DNA of 63,770 nt, the filler included, from Chiloscyllium plagiosum (Eukaryota): the NCBI RefSeq assembly GCF_004010195.1. It is 4 parts of one record of this genome, joined end to end, with 100 filler letters (N's around TTAATTAATTAA, not from the genome) between each part and the next. Parts side by side here need not be neighbours in the genome. Positions count along the whole stretch, not along the records: positions 21,193 to 46,878 come from NC_057716.1; positions 46,979 to 61,389 come from NC_057716.1; 2 more parts are not named here. One strand, given 5' to 3'. The notes under the pieces are model-generated. The model was not told where the DNA came from. It searched no databases and worked only from the letters and a program-made list of their open reading frames with translations. Made by a program: the position numbers and the translations under genes. Each line of letters starts with the position of its first letter. The stretch's first letter is position 1. This document shows, piece by piece, positions 37,590-50,899 of this stretch.

Positions 37590-38940
37590 GTCTCCCTACC
37601 TTTGATGAAAAGCTCACTTATCTACAGTTCCTTGGTTCAATCTCTGCCACCTTTCCTGTAAAGTGGAACTACATATGGAACAAATGGACCAACAAGCCCT
37701 TCAGCTTGTTGCTCAGATTGCCCTCATGGTCTTTAAACAGGGTCTTCTCTTCCTCTGGTTATGATCTTGCCTTTGATATGCTGACAGAATATCTCAATAT
37801 TCTGCCTAATTTTGCCCACTGATATTTTTTCATGGCCCAGTTAGCTTTCCTATTTGCTTTCCTGAGCTCCCCTTTGCATTTCCTATACCCCTCTAAGGAT
37901 GTCATTCCTTTGCTCCCTTTGCATCTGTTATAAATCTTTCTTTTCCTTTTTATCCAGTCCGGAACATTCCTAGACATCCAGGATTATCTGGGCTTGTTGC
38001 TCCAATATGTCATCTGAAAGATTACATGTTAGGCCTGTACTTCCCCCAGTAAATTTATGAATGCCTCCCACTGTTCGGCTGTAGATTTACCCATCAGTAG
38101 CTATTCCCAATCTATTTTGGCCAGATACCACTTTATTGTAATATCTGCCTTACCACAAAAAAACCCTCTTTATGAAGATTATCTTCCTCTATTTCCATAA
38201 CAAACTTTAAGTGTGAGGTGTTAGAACATAGAAAAGTATAGCACAGAACAGGCCCTTAGGCCCACGATGTGCTGAGACTTAATCCTAATGTAAAATATAG
38301 TAACTTAATCTACTCACCCCTCAACTCACTGCTATTCATGTGCATGTCCAGCAGTCGCTGAAATGATCCCAATGACTTCGCTTCCACCACCTCAACTGGC
38401 AACACATTCCATACATTCACAACTTTCTGCTTAAAGAATCTACCTCTGATGTTTTCTTTATACCTTCCGCCTAATATCTTCAAACTATGACTTCTCGTAC
38501 CAGTCAATCCTGCCCTGGGGAAAAGTCTTTAGCTATTGACTCTATCTATTCCTCTCATTATTTTGTACACCTCTAACCACTGTTGTAGTTGCTATCACTA
38601 AAATGCCCCCTCACTGTCACCTCAAACACCTGTCATATTTCCCAGCACTACACTGCCCTAAAAGCATCATCTCCTGAACACATTTCAAGAAGTTTGCTCC
38701 ACGCCTACATACCTTTTATATTATGACTATCCTGATTTAATATTGAGTTTGTTTATATCCCAATATAATTAGCCTATTATTATTTTAGCACACCTTACTG
38801 AATTGATTACATATCTCCTCCTCCATTGTCCATTTGAGGGACAATAATATATTTCTAACAGTGTGACTACCCCCTTTTTATTCTTAAGGCCTATTCCCAA
38901 AGCCTCATTTGCTGATCTTTCCAAGAGATTATCCCTCCTT
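37590..38940 (-). mobile_element. Old CR1 ORF2 (endonuclease-linker) fragment, interrupted by a younger HER1 3' end (38222-38575, -)
   Basis: IYNRCK....SLEGYRKCKGELRKA; nested copy GRFFKQKVVNVWNVLP. Confidence 0.7.
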
Positions 38941-39935
38941 AGTTCCTCCCTCAGTTACTCATAGTGTAGCGTAAGGAACTGTTTTGTGTCCACTGCTGTT
39001 TGTAGCTTTTATAAATGACCTAGAGGAGGGTGTAGAAGGATGGGTTAGTAAATGTTTAGATGCCCCTAAGGTCAGTGGAGTTGTGGACTATGCAGAAGGA
39101 CGTTACGGGTAACAGAGGGACGTAGATAAGCTGCAGAGCTGGGCTGAGAGGTGGCAAATGGAATTTAATGCAGAAAAGTGTCAGGTGATTCATTTTCAAA
39201 GGAGCAACAGGAATGCAGAGTACTGGGCTAATAGTACGATTCTTGGTAGTGTAGATGGGCAGAGAGATCTCGGTGTCCATACACAAAGATCCCTGAAAAT
39301 TGCCACACAGGTTCCTAGGGTCGTTAAGAAGGCATACAATGTGTTCACTTTTATTGGTAATGGGATTGGATTTTGGAACCATGAGGTCATGCTGCAGCTG
39401 TATAGAATTCTGGTGTGGCTGCACTTGGAGTATTGCATGTAGTTCTGGTCACCGCAATGTAGGAAGGATGTAGAAGCTTTGGAAAGGGTTCACAGGAGAT
39501 TTACTAGGATATTGCCCTGTATGGAGGGAAGGTCTTATGAGGAAAGGCTGAGGGTCTTGAGCCTGTTTTTGCTGGAGAGAAGAAGGTTGAGAGGTGACTT
39601 AATTGGGACATATAAGATAGTCAGAGGGTTAGATAGGGTGGACAGTGAGACCCTTTTTCCTCATATGGTGATGGCCATATTTAAATTGAGGCGTGATAGA
39701 TATAGGACAGATGTCAGAGTGAGAGTCATTACTCAGAGAGTAGTAGGGACGCAGAACACGCTGCCTGCAACAGCAGTAGCCTCGCTAACTTTAATGGCAT
39801 TTAAATGGTCATTGGCTTAATATATGGATGAAATTGGAATAGTGTAGGATAGATGGGCTTCAGATGGGTTCCATAGGTGGATGCAACATTGAGGGCCGAA
39901 GGGCCTGTACTGCGCTGTAATGTTCTATGTTCTAC
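38940..39935 (+). mobile_element. HER1/CR1 LINE 3' fragment
   Basis: MEFNAEKCQVIHF...QRDLGV...HLEYC; (ttctatg)n tail. Confidence 0.92.
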
Positions 39936-40064
39936 ATTCTCTGTTCTTGCTGCAATAATTCCCTAACTAATAATGCAATACCACCTCCACTTTTGTATGC
40001 TCCGCTATCCTGCCTGAAGATCCTATAGCCTGGAATGTTAAGTTGCCAATCTTGTCCCTCAGGA

Positions 40065-40285
40065 TTAGTGTGGTGCTGGAATTGCACAACAGGTCAGGCA
40101 GCATCCGAGGAACAGGAAAATCAACGTTTCAGACAGGAGCCCTTCATCAGGAATCATGATGAAGGGCTCCTGCCCGAAACATCAATTTTCCTGCTCCTCG
40201 GATGCTGCCTGACCTATTGTGCATTTCCAGCACCACTCTAATCTTGACTCTAATCTCCAGCATCTACAGTCATCACTTTTGCCGA
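40065..40285. mobile_element. Fold-back PLE family A mini-element with two divergent hammerhead motifs
   Basis: ...tcaacgtttcagacaggagcccttcatcag gaatc atgatgaagggctcctgcccgaaacatca... with long inverted arms. Confidence 0.82.
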
Positions 40286-40679
40286 AACTTTGTCCCTCAC
40301 TCAACCATGTCTCTCTGATGGCTGCACCATCACTGTTCCATATGTCCATCTATGCCCTTAACTCATCTGACTTATCTCTAATACTTCCAGCATTAGAGGC
40401 TATCCAGCCTCACCCTACTCTTAGCGATTTTTGAGAACATTTGTAGTTCAGGTTGATGATAAGTATGTAAATTAGCTGGCTGAGCTTGAAGGTTTGTTTT
40501 CAAGTGTTTTGTCACTGAGGCATGGCACCCTAACCAGAACTCCATCAATAAACACATCGATTTAGATCCTATCTACCTTGCCTTGCAAAACAGAACCAGA
40601 AATGCCATCACCCACCTTAAGAAACCAAGATCTATAAATAGAGAGGCAGGACATACCACCAGCGCTTCACGGGAGACTC

Positions 40680-40719
40680 TCACTGATGATGTTACCTAGT
40701 ATGGTGACGAAATATCTGA
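40680..40719 (+). ncRNA. Minimal hammerhead ribozyme motif (PLE family C, within fragment ~40440-40760)
   Basis: uca CUGAUGA u guuacc uaguau ggugac GAAA ua UC uga. Confidence 0.68.
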
Positions 40720-41919
40720 AAACAAACCTTGAAGCTCAGCGAGTAAACTTACAGACTTATCACCGTACTCTCCTGAGACAGCACATGGCTGGACACAGTC
40801 TGTCTTGGTTCCTTTTTTAGGTACGCTGCATTGCCATTGGACTAATGTGCTGTGACTCATGATAATTATACTATAAAACGGGAACATTTGGTATTGTAAG
40901 AGAGTCATGGTATAGCAGGAAAACAGGCTGATCAGCCCAAACTGTTCTATGCTGACCATGGTGCCCACTCAGCTAGTTCCAATTGCCCAATTTGGTCCAT
41001 ATCCCTCAAAACCATCCTATTAGGAGCAATATTAAACCAGGTTGATATTTCAGTTGCTATTTATTATTCAGCAGACTTTTTGGCAGTGTTTTTTAAATGT
41101 TGTTACTGTACCTGCCTCAACCATTTTCTCTGGCAGCCCATTCCATATACTCACCACTCTCTGCATTAAGAAATTAACCCTCAGGTTCTTCTTAAATTTT
41201 TCCCCTCTCACCTTAATGGTGTACACTGAGATCAATAATTGCTGTCAACTCAGCTGCATGGAATAGTGCTCTGGTGGTGTCATGAAGGTAGAAAGGAAAA
41301 ACCCTTCCCCCCCACCCCAACCATTATTCCAGTTCCAGCAGCAAGAAATAGACCTCACCCTGTGAAAATTTCAAATATCAGCAGGCCTCAAATAATTCTT
41401 TCCTAGTAAAGCACTTTTTTAAGAGACATAATCAGGAGCAATATAAAACCAGGTTGATATTTCAGTTGCTATTTATTATTCAGCAGACCTTTTGGCAGTG
41501 ATATAACTCGAAAAGTCGACATGTTCAAAAACTCAAAGATAGCTGAGTTCGTGACAAAAGTACTTTTTAAAAAAAAAAATGCCATGTCTCAAAATTCTTC
41601 CTGAAATGTAGTTATCAGGAACAAAATGTCCAAGGAATTCACTAAGTAATATTACCAATGGCTTTGGGATGTGCGTAGCGATCGTACAGAAGCAGCGACC
41701 TTGCAAATTTTCATTCAGCTGTAATCCCTTCTTCAAGAAAACTGCAGTGTTGCTAAAGCATAATTTAAAGTATGTTGTGCAGGGTAAATGCATTAGTCAG
41801 GGGAAACGTAGAGTACGAGGGTAGGGAAATGGGTCTGGGTAGGTGACTGTTCAGAGGGTCTGTGTGGACTTGTTGGGCCAAAATGGACTGTCTCCACACT
41901 GTAGAGAATCTAACTACTC

Positions 41920-42592
41920 AGGGGCTGTGGAGTGGCAGATGGAATTCAACCTCGATAAATGTGAGGTGATACATTTTGGTAGGCAAATCAGGGCAGGACC
42001 GATACAGTTAATGGTAATGTCCTGGGGTGTCTTGCCGAACAAAGAGAACTAGGGATGCAGGTTCATTGTTTCTTGAAAATAAATTTGCAGGTAGACAGGG
42101 TGGTAAAGAAAGCATTTGGTATGCTTGCCTTTATTGGTCAGTGCATTGAGTTTAAGATTGGGACGTCATGTTGCAGCTGTACAGGACATTGGTTAGGCCA
42201 CTTTTGGAATATTGCGTGCAATTCTGGTCTCCCTGCTATAGATAGGATGTTGTAAAACTTGATTAATTTGGGACTAGATTAATTTAGGAAATCTGGTCGG
42301 CATGGACGAGTTGGACCGAAAGGTCTGTTTCCGTGTTGTACATCTCTATGACTCTATGGCTAAGACAATTTTACCCAACAGTGATTCGTGTGTGGAATGA
42401 TCTTTCCAAAGGAGTGGTGGATGCAGGTACAGTTACAATGTTCAAAAGACACTTGGATAAGTTCATGAATAAGAAATGTTTGGAGGGATTGGGCCAAGTG
42501 TGGGTAGGTGGGACTAGTTTAGTTTGGGATTATGGTTGTCATGGACATTTTGGACTGGAGGGTCTGTTTCCATGTTGTATGACTGTGACTCC
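41920..42592 (+). mobile_element. HER1/CR1 3' fragments (two, deleted/abutting)
   Basis: WQMEFNLDKCEVIHFGR; VIRVWNDL..GVVDAGT. Confidence 0.85.
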
Positions 42593-43294
42593 AAGTCCTG
42601 AGAATGTGCAACAAATAAACTGGTCATAAAGTCTATCAGAACAACGTTGCTGTTTCTGCTCTACATGAGCCAACTAGACTATAAGACTATTAGACATAAG
42701 AGCAGAGTAGATCATTCAATCCATTGTGTCTGCTCCACCATTCAATGAGATCACGGTTGAATTGACAATCCTCAACTCCATTTACCTGCCTTTTCCCTAT
42801 TATCCTTGATTCTCCAACTAATTAAAAAGCTCTATCTTATCCTTGAATCTACTTAATGACTCCACCTCAACAGCTCTTTGAAGTAAAGATTCACTACCCT
42901 CTGAAAGAAGAAACTCCTCTTCATCTTTGACTTTAATGTGTGACCCCTTATATTGTGATGATGCCCTCTGGTCCTACACTGTCCCACAAGGGAAAACAAA
43001 CTTTCTGCATCCACCCTGTTGTCACCTAAGAATCTTTTTTTGTGTAAGGTCACTTCCCATTTTTCTATGTTCCAACCAATACAGACCCAACCTTCTCAAC
43101 GTCTTCTCATATGATAGTCCTTCAACACATGGTATGAGCTTACTGGAGCTCCTGTGGACTCTGTCATGGCAGTATAACCTTAGTTGCCAAGGTACTCATG
43201 GAGCTGTATGAGTGGGTGTGGTTTCTGAATCTACAGTAGGCCAGACCAGGTAATGGGAGCACTTTTCCTTCCCTAAAGGACATTAGTACATCAG

Positions 43295-44050
43295 ATTCAA
43301 AAAGTGCAGTGCTGGAAAAGCACGGCAGGTCAGGCAGCATCCAAGGAGCAGGACAGTTAACATTTTGGGCATAAGCCCTTCATCAGAAATGTTGGAGGGG
43401 TGGTGGGAAGGGGGCTGAGAGATAAATAGAGGAGTGAGACTGGTGGGAAGGTAGCTGGGAAGGTGATAGGTAAACGCAGGTGAGGGGTGATGGTGATAGG
43501 TTGGAGCGGAGGGTGGAGCAGATAGGTGGGAAGGAAGATGGACAGGTAGGACAGATCAAGAGGGTGGTGCTGAGTTGGAGGGTTGGATCGGGGGGACAGG
43601 GGAAATGAGGAAACCACATTGATCCCGTGAGGTTGGAGGGTCCCAAGGTGGAAGATGAGGCGTTCTTCCTCCAGGTGTTGAGTGGCTATCATTTGGTGGT
43701 GGAAGAGGCCCAGGACTTGTATGCTCTTGGCATGCAACCCTCACCACCTCTTGGCCTGGCCTACCTATCCATCTCCCTTCCCACCTATTCGCTCTACTTT
43801 CCACTTCGACCTTTCACCTCAGCCCCCACCTGCATCCATCTATTGCCTTCCCAACTACTTTCCCCCCAGCCTAACAACCCCCTTCTATTTACCTCTCAGC
43901 CACGCACCCACAGCCCCCCCACACCCAAAATTCCTTATGCCCGATACATCAACTCTCCTGCTCCTCGGAAGCTGTCTTACTTCTTGTGCATTTCCAGCGC
44001 CACACTTTTTGACTCTGACCTCACTTGTGCAGTCCTCAGTTTTTTCACTA
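43295..44050 (-). mobile_element. PLE family A fragment with GIY-YIG C-terminus and inverted repeats
   Basis: IQVLGL...LEEERLIFHLGTLQPHGINV; arms ~43295-43575 / ~43740-44045. Confidence 0.82.
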
Positions 44051-46624
44051 GTGCATCAGATGAGTGTTTTAAACAGAAATAAATGACATTGTCGTGGTCA
44101 TCATCACTGAGGTTACCTTTCCATTCAACACAAACAGATTGAAATCAAAATCCATCAGGTGCCTTAGAGGGATTTGAGCTCAATTCTCTCTAATGCTAAA
44201 CAACAAACCAAAGACGCTGGAAACCAGAAGCAAAAACCAGAATTGCTGGAAGACTCAACCAGTCTGGCAGCCTCCGTGGAAAGAAAGCGAGTTCTTCTGA
44301 AGAAAGTTCGCTGGAGCGGAAACATTAACACTGCTTTCTCTCCACAGATGCTGTCAGATCTGCTAAGATTTTCCAGCTATTTCTGTTTTGTCTCAGAGGT
44401 TTAGCCCGGATTATCAGTCCTGCAGTATGATCACCATTACTATCATTTCCCACTACTGTTAGGGAACTAGCTTAAAAATAAAGTGTTTGATTAAAAAAAA
44501 ATGCTAGGTTAGAAAACCTGTTTATAAAAGCTATTATCGGATTTCTGTTAAACAGCTGGCTTCCCAAATTAATATTTTCACAACAAATTGCCTATGGAGT
44601 GAATATTTTGTTGTCAGTTCCAACTGCTTACTGAATGGAAATGTTTGTTCACACATGAAGGATTACACACTTCAGATAGTAGACTTATTAGTGAAGTTTC
44701 TGTTTTCATAAGAGATGAGTTGAAACAATTTAACTGTATGTACTGTGCTTTTTTGTTATCAATTAGAGCTTTTTCTTGCAAGAGTGATGCGATATTCCCT
44801 CGCAACACTGTCAGCATGCATCCTGAGGTTCTCCCGTGGTGGATGCAAAGAGATTGCACATGGAAAGGGACGGATGAACAGTAGCGGGTCAGGGGTGGGA
44901 ATGAGTTGCCGTGAGATGCCTGGGGGCTATAAAGAACCACTGAAAAGACTGGGGGCTGAAGGTGGCATGGGCCTAATGCAGGGTGATGGAGAATGGGTAT
45001 ATGGGCGTATGGTGACTTAGAGGTACAAAGGGCCACGTGCACAAGGTGGAACAATGGTTATGAGGCGCCATGGGAAATGGGTAATGGAGCAGAGAGTGGC
45101 ACAGGAATATGAGGGACCATGTAGGATGGATTGCTTGGCATAAAGTGGGCATAGGATTTATGGGGAGGCCATTGAAATGAATACAGGGGCAGAAGGTGGT
45201 CTGCACCTGGCAGTAGAAGTGTGTATGGGAGGGGGGAGGGAGCAATCTGACTGCTTTACATTTCCACGTCCACATGACCACAGTGCTGGAGCCCCAAAGC
45301 TAATTTTCTGCCCAATGCACCTTGGGAATAGCTAACCGCTTCGGCTCACCAAAGACCGGGTCACCTGACTGATCGACAAGGGGAATTGTGAGTAGCCATT
45401 TCTCAGGGTCAGCTTCATGGACCTGCCCATCTTGGACAAAGGTGGGAGCCTAATCCTCGCCCTAAATCTAACTGTCAATCGGCATTGGTGGAGTTAAAAA
45501 CATCACCTGATCACTGCCAAGTTTCTCAGGTTACACCAAACTCTGCCCATTTAGCCATCCACCCCAACACATCACTGACCTATGGCAGAGTCTGAAGATT
45601 GCTCACTGGACTTAGCAGGTATTTTCTATTCCCAGAGACTCTTTCAAAGTACTTCAAAGACTGTGAATTCTTTGTAGCTGTGGAGCATCCTGAAGTTGCT
45701 GTGGAAATTGGGGTCAAGCTCATCACTCATTTTGTGGGGTGGGGGTTAAGTGTGTTGGGGAAATGGGGTCAGAATTTTGGGACCTTTCCACTGACATTGC
45801 CCACTTCTGATCCATAAAGCCCTGCAGCGAATCTCCAAATTGAAAATTTGTCAGAGTGAGGCCTCCGCTGCACATCCTTCAGAATGAAAGGCCTTGGGAA
45901 AGAAATGCTAATCAAACAGAATCAAGTGAAATGCACTGTTTTATGAATATTGCATGGCTGATGAGCACAGTTGTCTATTTTCAGAAGACCTGTAATGCTA
46001 TTTCCAAGTACAATTTAACAAGTAGCTGAGGTAGAGGTCCAATGTGCTAGCTAATTTGCAGATATAATTTGCCTCATTGTGTAACCAATCTATTTCAAGT
46101 ACTTCTCCGACACTTGGTTAAAGACAGTTCTGATGACTAATTGTTGACTGAAGTGTTAAGATTATTTCTCTTTCCACAAATGTGGTTTGACTTGTTAAGC
46201 GTTCCTGGTATTTTAGATGATCTTATTTCAATTTTGTATCATTTCCTTTACATTGGAGTCGCTATTAATATGGCTACATTAACTGTCAAGTTGCACAGGA
46301 CTTTAAACAAAATTATTAACCAAGTATAATTTAAAGTTTATTTGACACAACTTCAATAAGATCACATTTCAAGTGAAGAGGGCCTTCCCTCCAAAACAGA
46401 TTTTCGCTCATTTTCTTGCTTTCAAATCCTCTTTGGCCTGACCCCTTGATATCTCTGTAATCTTCACTAGGCACCATAAGTCTCTGAAATACCTGTACTG
46501 CTCTAATCCGAGCTTCTCAGCATCCCGACAATATGGAAGCAGGCCATTCAGCCCATTCAGCTTACCCAGGCCCTCTGAAGAGCATCCCACCCATACCTGT
46601 AACCCTGCATTTCCCAAAACTAAT

Positions 46625-46878
46625 CTGTCCCTGACAGAAAATGTCCCTACTGCTCAGAAGGGAAGGGGGAAGAGGAGCAGAGCAGTAGTCACTGGGGACT
46701 CCATAGTTAGGGGGACAGATAGGAGGTTCTGTGGGGACGAGAGAGACTCACGGTTGGTGTGTTGCCTCCCAGGTGCCAGGGTTCGGGATTTCTCTGATCC
46801 TTCAGGGGGACGGGGAGCAGCCCCTAGTCGTGGTCCACATAGGTACCAACGACATAGGTAGGAAGAGAGATGGGGATT
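46625..46878 (+). mobile_element. CR1 ORF1 fragment (SGNH esterase domain), cut by linker
   Basis: RAVVTGDSIVRGTDRRFCG.ERDSRLVCCLPGARV...VVVHIGTNDIG. Confidence 0.88.
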
Positions 46879-46978
46879 NNNNNNNNNNNNNNNNNNNNNN
46901 NNNNNNNNNNNNNNNNNNNNNNTTAATTAATTAANNNNNNNNNNNNNNNNNNNNNNNNNNNNNNNNNNNNNNNNNNNN
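46879..46978. other. Artificial gap/linker
   Basis: 44 N + TTAATTAATTAA + 44 N. Confidence 0.98.
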
Positions 46979-47809
46979 TTCCCCCTCTCCCTGCCTCTGT
47001 ACTCGGGATTCCCCCTCTCCCTGCCTCTGTACTCGGGATTACCCCTTGCTGGATATTCCCCAACTTTATGCAAATGTCTCGCTGCAGAGGGATTTACTCA
47101 GGAAGAATATCTTCTTTGTTGGATAACCACTTTCTTTGATTCTCTCCTGTACTCGGGATTCCCCCTCTCCCTGCCTCTGTACTCGGGATTACCCCTTGCT
47201 GGATATTCCCCAACTTTATGCAAATGTCTCGCTGCAGAGGGATTTACTCAGGAAGAATATCTTCTTTGTTGGATAACCACTTTCTTTGATTCTCTCATCC
47301 AGATTAGAAAATATAGAATAGTACAGCAAAGGAATCGGCCCTTCAACGTACCGTTGGCTAAAGTGAGATTCGAGTTGAGGGCGTGCTGCTGGAAAAGCAC
47401 AGCAGGTCAGGCAGCATCTGTATAGCAGGAGAGTCAATGTTTTGGGCAAAAGCCCTCTTGATGAAGGCTTTTTGCTTGAAATGCGAATTCTCTTGCTCAT
47501 CCGATGCTACCTGACCTACTGCGCTTTTCCAGCACCACACTCTCGACCCTTCAACCCACCATATGTGTACCAACCATGCAGCCAATGTTATCCAATTCTA
47601 TCTGCCTGCACAGGGTCCATATTCCTCAATTCCCTGCCTGTTTAAGGGTCTGCCTGAATGCCTGTTAAACCTCGCTGTTGTATCTGCTTCCACCACCTAC
47701 CCTGGCAACACGCTCCAGACACTCACTACCATCTGTGTAGAAACCTTTCCTCGCACATCTCCTTTCAACTTGCCCCCTCTAACCTTAAATCTATGCCCCC
47801 TAGTATCTG

Positions 47810-48180
47810 TCAACAACATCTTGCCAACTGTCATACAATATCCCCCAGGAAAAACACGATTCTCAAAGTGGATGTCCTTCAAGAAAAGGCCTAGGTGCAT
47901 ACATTTTGCAGAACCAAGAAATAATTGCTTTTATAATGAAAACGTTGCCACCTGTGCAAGCTAATTATCCCAATACAGTGTGTGAGGTATTAGTATTTGG
48001 CATCATGCAGTTTCACACATATTTATTTGGCAAGAAATGCATTGCTAAAACAGTTCGTAAAGCTGTTAGAAACAAACTGTGGCAAACCGCTAGTGAGTGC
48101 GCAACCGTGTTCATAGCAGATACTTGTCAAGGTACAAGGACATGACTTAGAGTAAGGTACTAGTCAGGTATCAGGGTGAG
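47810..48180 (+). mobile_element. Gypsy pol RNase H remnant
   Basis: TILKVD..Q..LGAYILQNQEIIAF..KTL...ANYPN...VFGIMQFHTYLFGKK...KPL.SA. Confidence 0.8.
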
Positions 48181-49129
48181 GCAGCATCCGAGGAGCAGGA
48201 AAATTGACGCTTCGGGCAAAAGCCCTTCATCTTTTGCCTGAAACATCAATTTTCCTGCTCCTCAGATGCTGCCTGACCTGTTGTGCCTGACCAGCACCAC
48301 ACTCTCAACTCTAATCTCAAGCATCTGCTGTCCTCACTTTTGCTTAGGTATAGTGATATACTTAGAATGAACTGTCCTTACCAACAACTACACACCTAAA
48401 TTAACAGGATGATCCTACCATTTACTCATGTCTGATGTCCTTAGACACATTAGCCGTCTGCTTGCATTATAGAGCTGTGTTGTGTTAAACTCTTCCATCT
48501 GGCATTGTCGTGAAAAGGAGGGAAGAAGAATCATAAAACACTTCATTGATGCCCTACATTAGGGCAGTTAGACACTCACTAAGAGTCACAATTTCAAGAC
48601 TGTCAAAGTATTAGGAACGAGATGAAGAGAAACTTCTTTCCTGAGAGACTTATTAGGATTTGGAATGTGCTGCCTGGGAGAAGGGTGGAGGCTAATTCCA
48701 TCAGAGGCTTCAAATGAGATCTGGATATATATTTAAAAGTGATGAAGCGAGAGGGTTACCGAGATTGGGTTGGAGAATGGGATGAGCTGGGTAGTTCCTT
48801 TGGGAGCCAGTACAGACATGATAGACCAAATCGGCATATCGGGGAAGGACGTATATATCAGGGTGATCACATCTGGCATGCTGAGCAGATTACACAATGA
48901 CCAAGATGACCATCTTAAACTACAGATTGAAGCTGTTGACTATTGAGGAGGTTGAATCATTTTCAGTTCATTAAGTAGTACATTTTCAGTCATATTTTAA
49001 AAACATATGGGAACTACAGATGTGCAAAGGTAGGCGCGGAGTGTAGGAATGGCAAGATAGAGCCAGCCTTGGGGCCAATACAGACTTTGCCTGTGAAAAA
49101 TAGTGGGAATATAGTGGATGACGCAATAT

Positions 49130-49915
49130 GTGTATTGTATAAATGTGAGGTGATGCATTTTGGAAAGGTAAATCAGGGCAGGACCTGATACACTTAATAG
49201 TAAGGTCCTGGGGAGCGTTGCCAAACAAAGGGTCTTTGGAGTGCAGGTTCATTGTTCCTTGAAAGCCGAGTCATCGGTAGATGGGATTGTGAAAAAGGCA
49301 TTTGATACCTTGCCTTTATTGGTCACTGCATTGAGTTATAGGAGTTTGGAGATCATGTTGCAGCTGTATAGGACATTGGTGAGGCCATTTTTGGAATACT
49401 GCATTTTATTCTGGTGTCCCAGCTATAGGAAAGATGTTGTAAAACTTAAAAGGTTTCACAAAGATTTACAAGGGTGTTGCCAGGGTTGGAGTTTTAGAAC
49501 TGTATGATTAGGCTGGGGCTATTTTCCATGGAGTGCCAGAGGCTGAGGGGTGATCTTATAGAGGTCTATAAAATCATGAGGGGCAAGGATAGGGTGAACA
49601 GCCAAGGCCTTTTCCACAGATTGGGTGAGTCCAAAACTAGAGGGCATAGGTTTAAGGTGAAAGGGGAAGAATTTGAAAGGGACCTAAGAGGCAACTTTTT
49701 AACACAGAGGGTGGTGCATGTATGGAATGAGCTGCCAGAGGAAGTGGTGGAAGTGGTTACAATTTAAAAGGCATCTGGATGGGTATGTGAACAGGAAGGA
49801 TATAGAGGGTTATGGGCCAAATGTTGACAAATGGGGCTAGATTAATTTAGGATATCTGGTTGGCATGGATGAGTTGGACCAAAAGGTCTGTTTCTGCGCT
49901 GTACATCTGGACGAC
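49130..49915 (+). mobile_element. HER1/CR1 LINE 3' fragment
   Basis: MLQLYRTLVRPFLEYC; RLRGDLIEVYKIMRG...WNELPEEVVE. Confidence 0.92.
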
Positions 49916-49999
49916 TCCAGTGTTTTGTATAAAGAGTTAGATTTACAGTTCACGTTGAGAAGGCTGGCTTCCATGAAAATAAACAATTGTTTGATCTGA

Positions 50000-50715
50000 T
50001 TTCCCAGAGCCCTCTCATCAATTTGTGGAGTTGTCTGATAACAACTACAAGTTTGAAATCACTCTCAAGGTTGATCTGTTCCACTTTGTTTGCAGCCTGT
50101 GTGAATACTTACAATCGGTAGTTACCAAAGATGAGCAACTGCAAGATTTGCAGAAGATCACTATCCAAGGATGGCTTGTTCATACCAAAGGCATAACTGA
50201 AAATATTCATTACTTTTGGCCATGCAGACACAAACTAGTTATATTACAACATGTGAAATTGAAGGTCAAACACATTGTAATACCAGAAGCATTATGTCTA
50301 GCTAACATATTCATTCTACACTCGGAATACATGGGTATTGGATGGACAAAGTAGTTCTGTGTACTGGCGAGGGGTGAATCATGATATTCAATGACTCATA
50401 AATACATGTGAGGCATGCTAAATGTAACTACATCTACACAAGGTTCCACCCACTGCTGTGATGAACATAGCCACAGGTTTTTCCTAGTTTGCAGGGAAGA
50501 TTATATCCTTGTTATGATCTACATCTCTAAATTTCCCATTATCCATCAACTTAACAACAGAACAAATGCATACATTTTTCCAGTACATTCAGTGTCCCAG
50601 ATGAGATGGTTTGGCACAATGGTTATCAGTACATTATCAAACCATTTGAAGGTATGTGAACCATGGGGAATAAACCATGTTATATCATCAACCCACCATC
50701 CACACTTCGCAGACT
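50000..50715 (+). mobile_element. Gypsy integrase remnant (zinc finger + start of core)
   Basis: KDEQLQ...IQGW...YFWP.R..L...IVIPEAL...LH..YMGI..TK, VYWRGVNHDI...TCEAC, DYILV..Y.SKFP, WGINHVISS.HHP. Confidence 0.85.
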
Positions 50716-50899
50716 CAGCCAAAGATATACAAACAGAGGAACAGGAGTCAGCCATTCAGTCCCTTGAGCCTGTTCCACCATTCAATGAGATAATAGCTGA
50801 CCTATGGCCTAACTCCATACGTCTGGCCATCTTCCTTTATTACCTCATTGTTTAGCCAAAAAAAAAACTCAGGTTTAAAACCAGCATCAACTGAAGTTG

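Noticed and set aside
44781..44848. Two adjacent hairpins (agtg.tgcga/tcgca.cact; tgcatcc/ggatgca) as snoRNA or SECIS
   Set aside because: Too short, with no H/ACA, C/D or SECIS consensus at the required positions; compatible with chance.
46979..47297. 30-bp repeats and a near-exact ~150-bp tandem duplication
   Set aside because: Sits at a contig edge next to a linker; most likely an assembly artefact.
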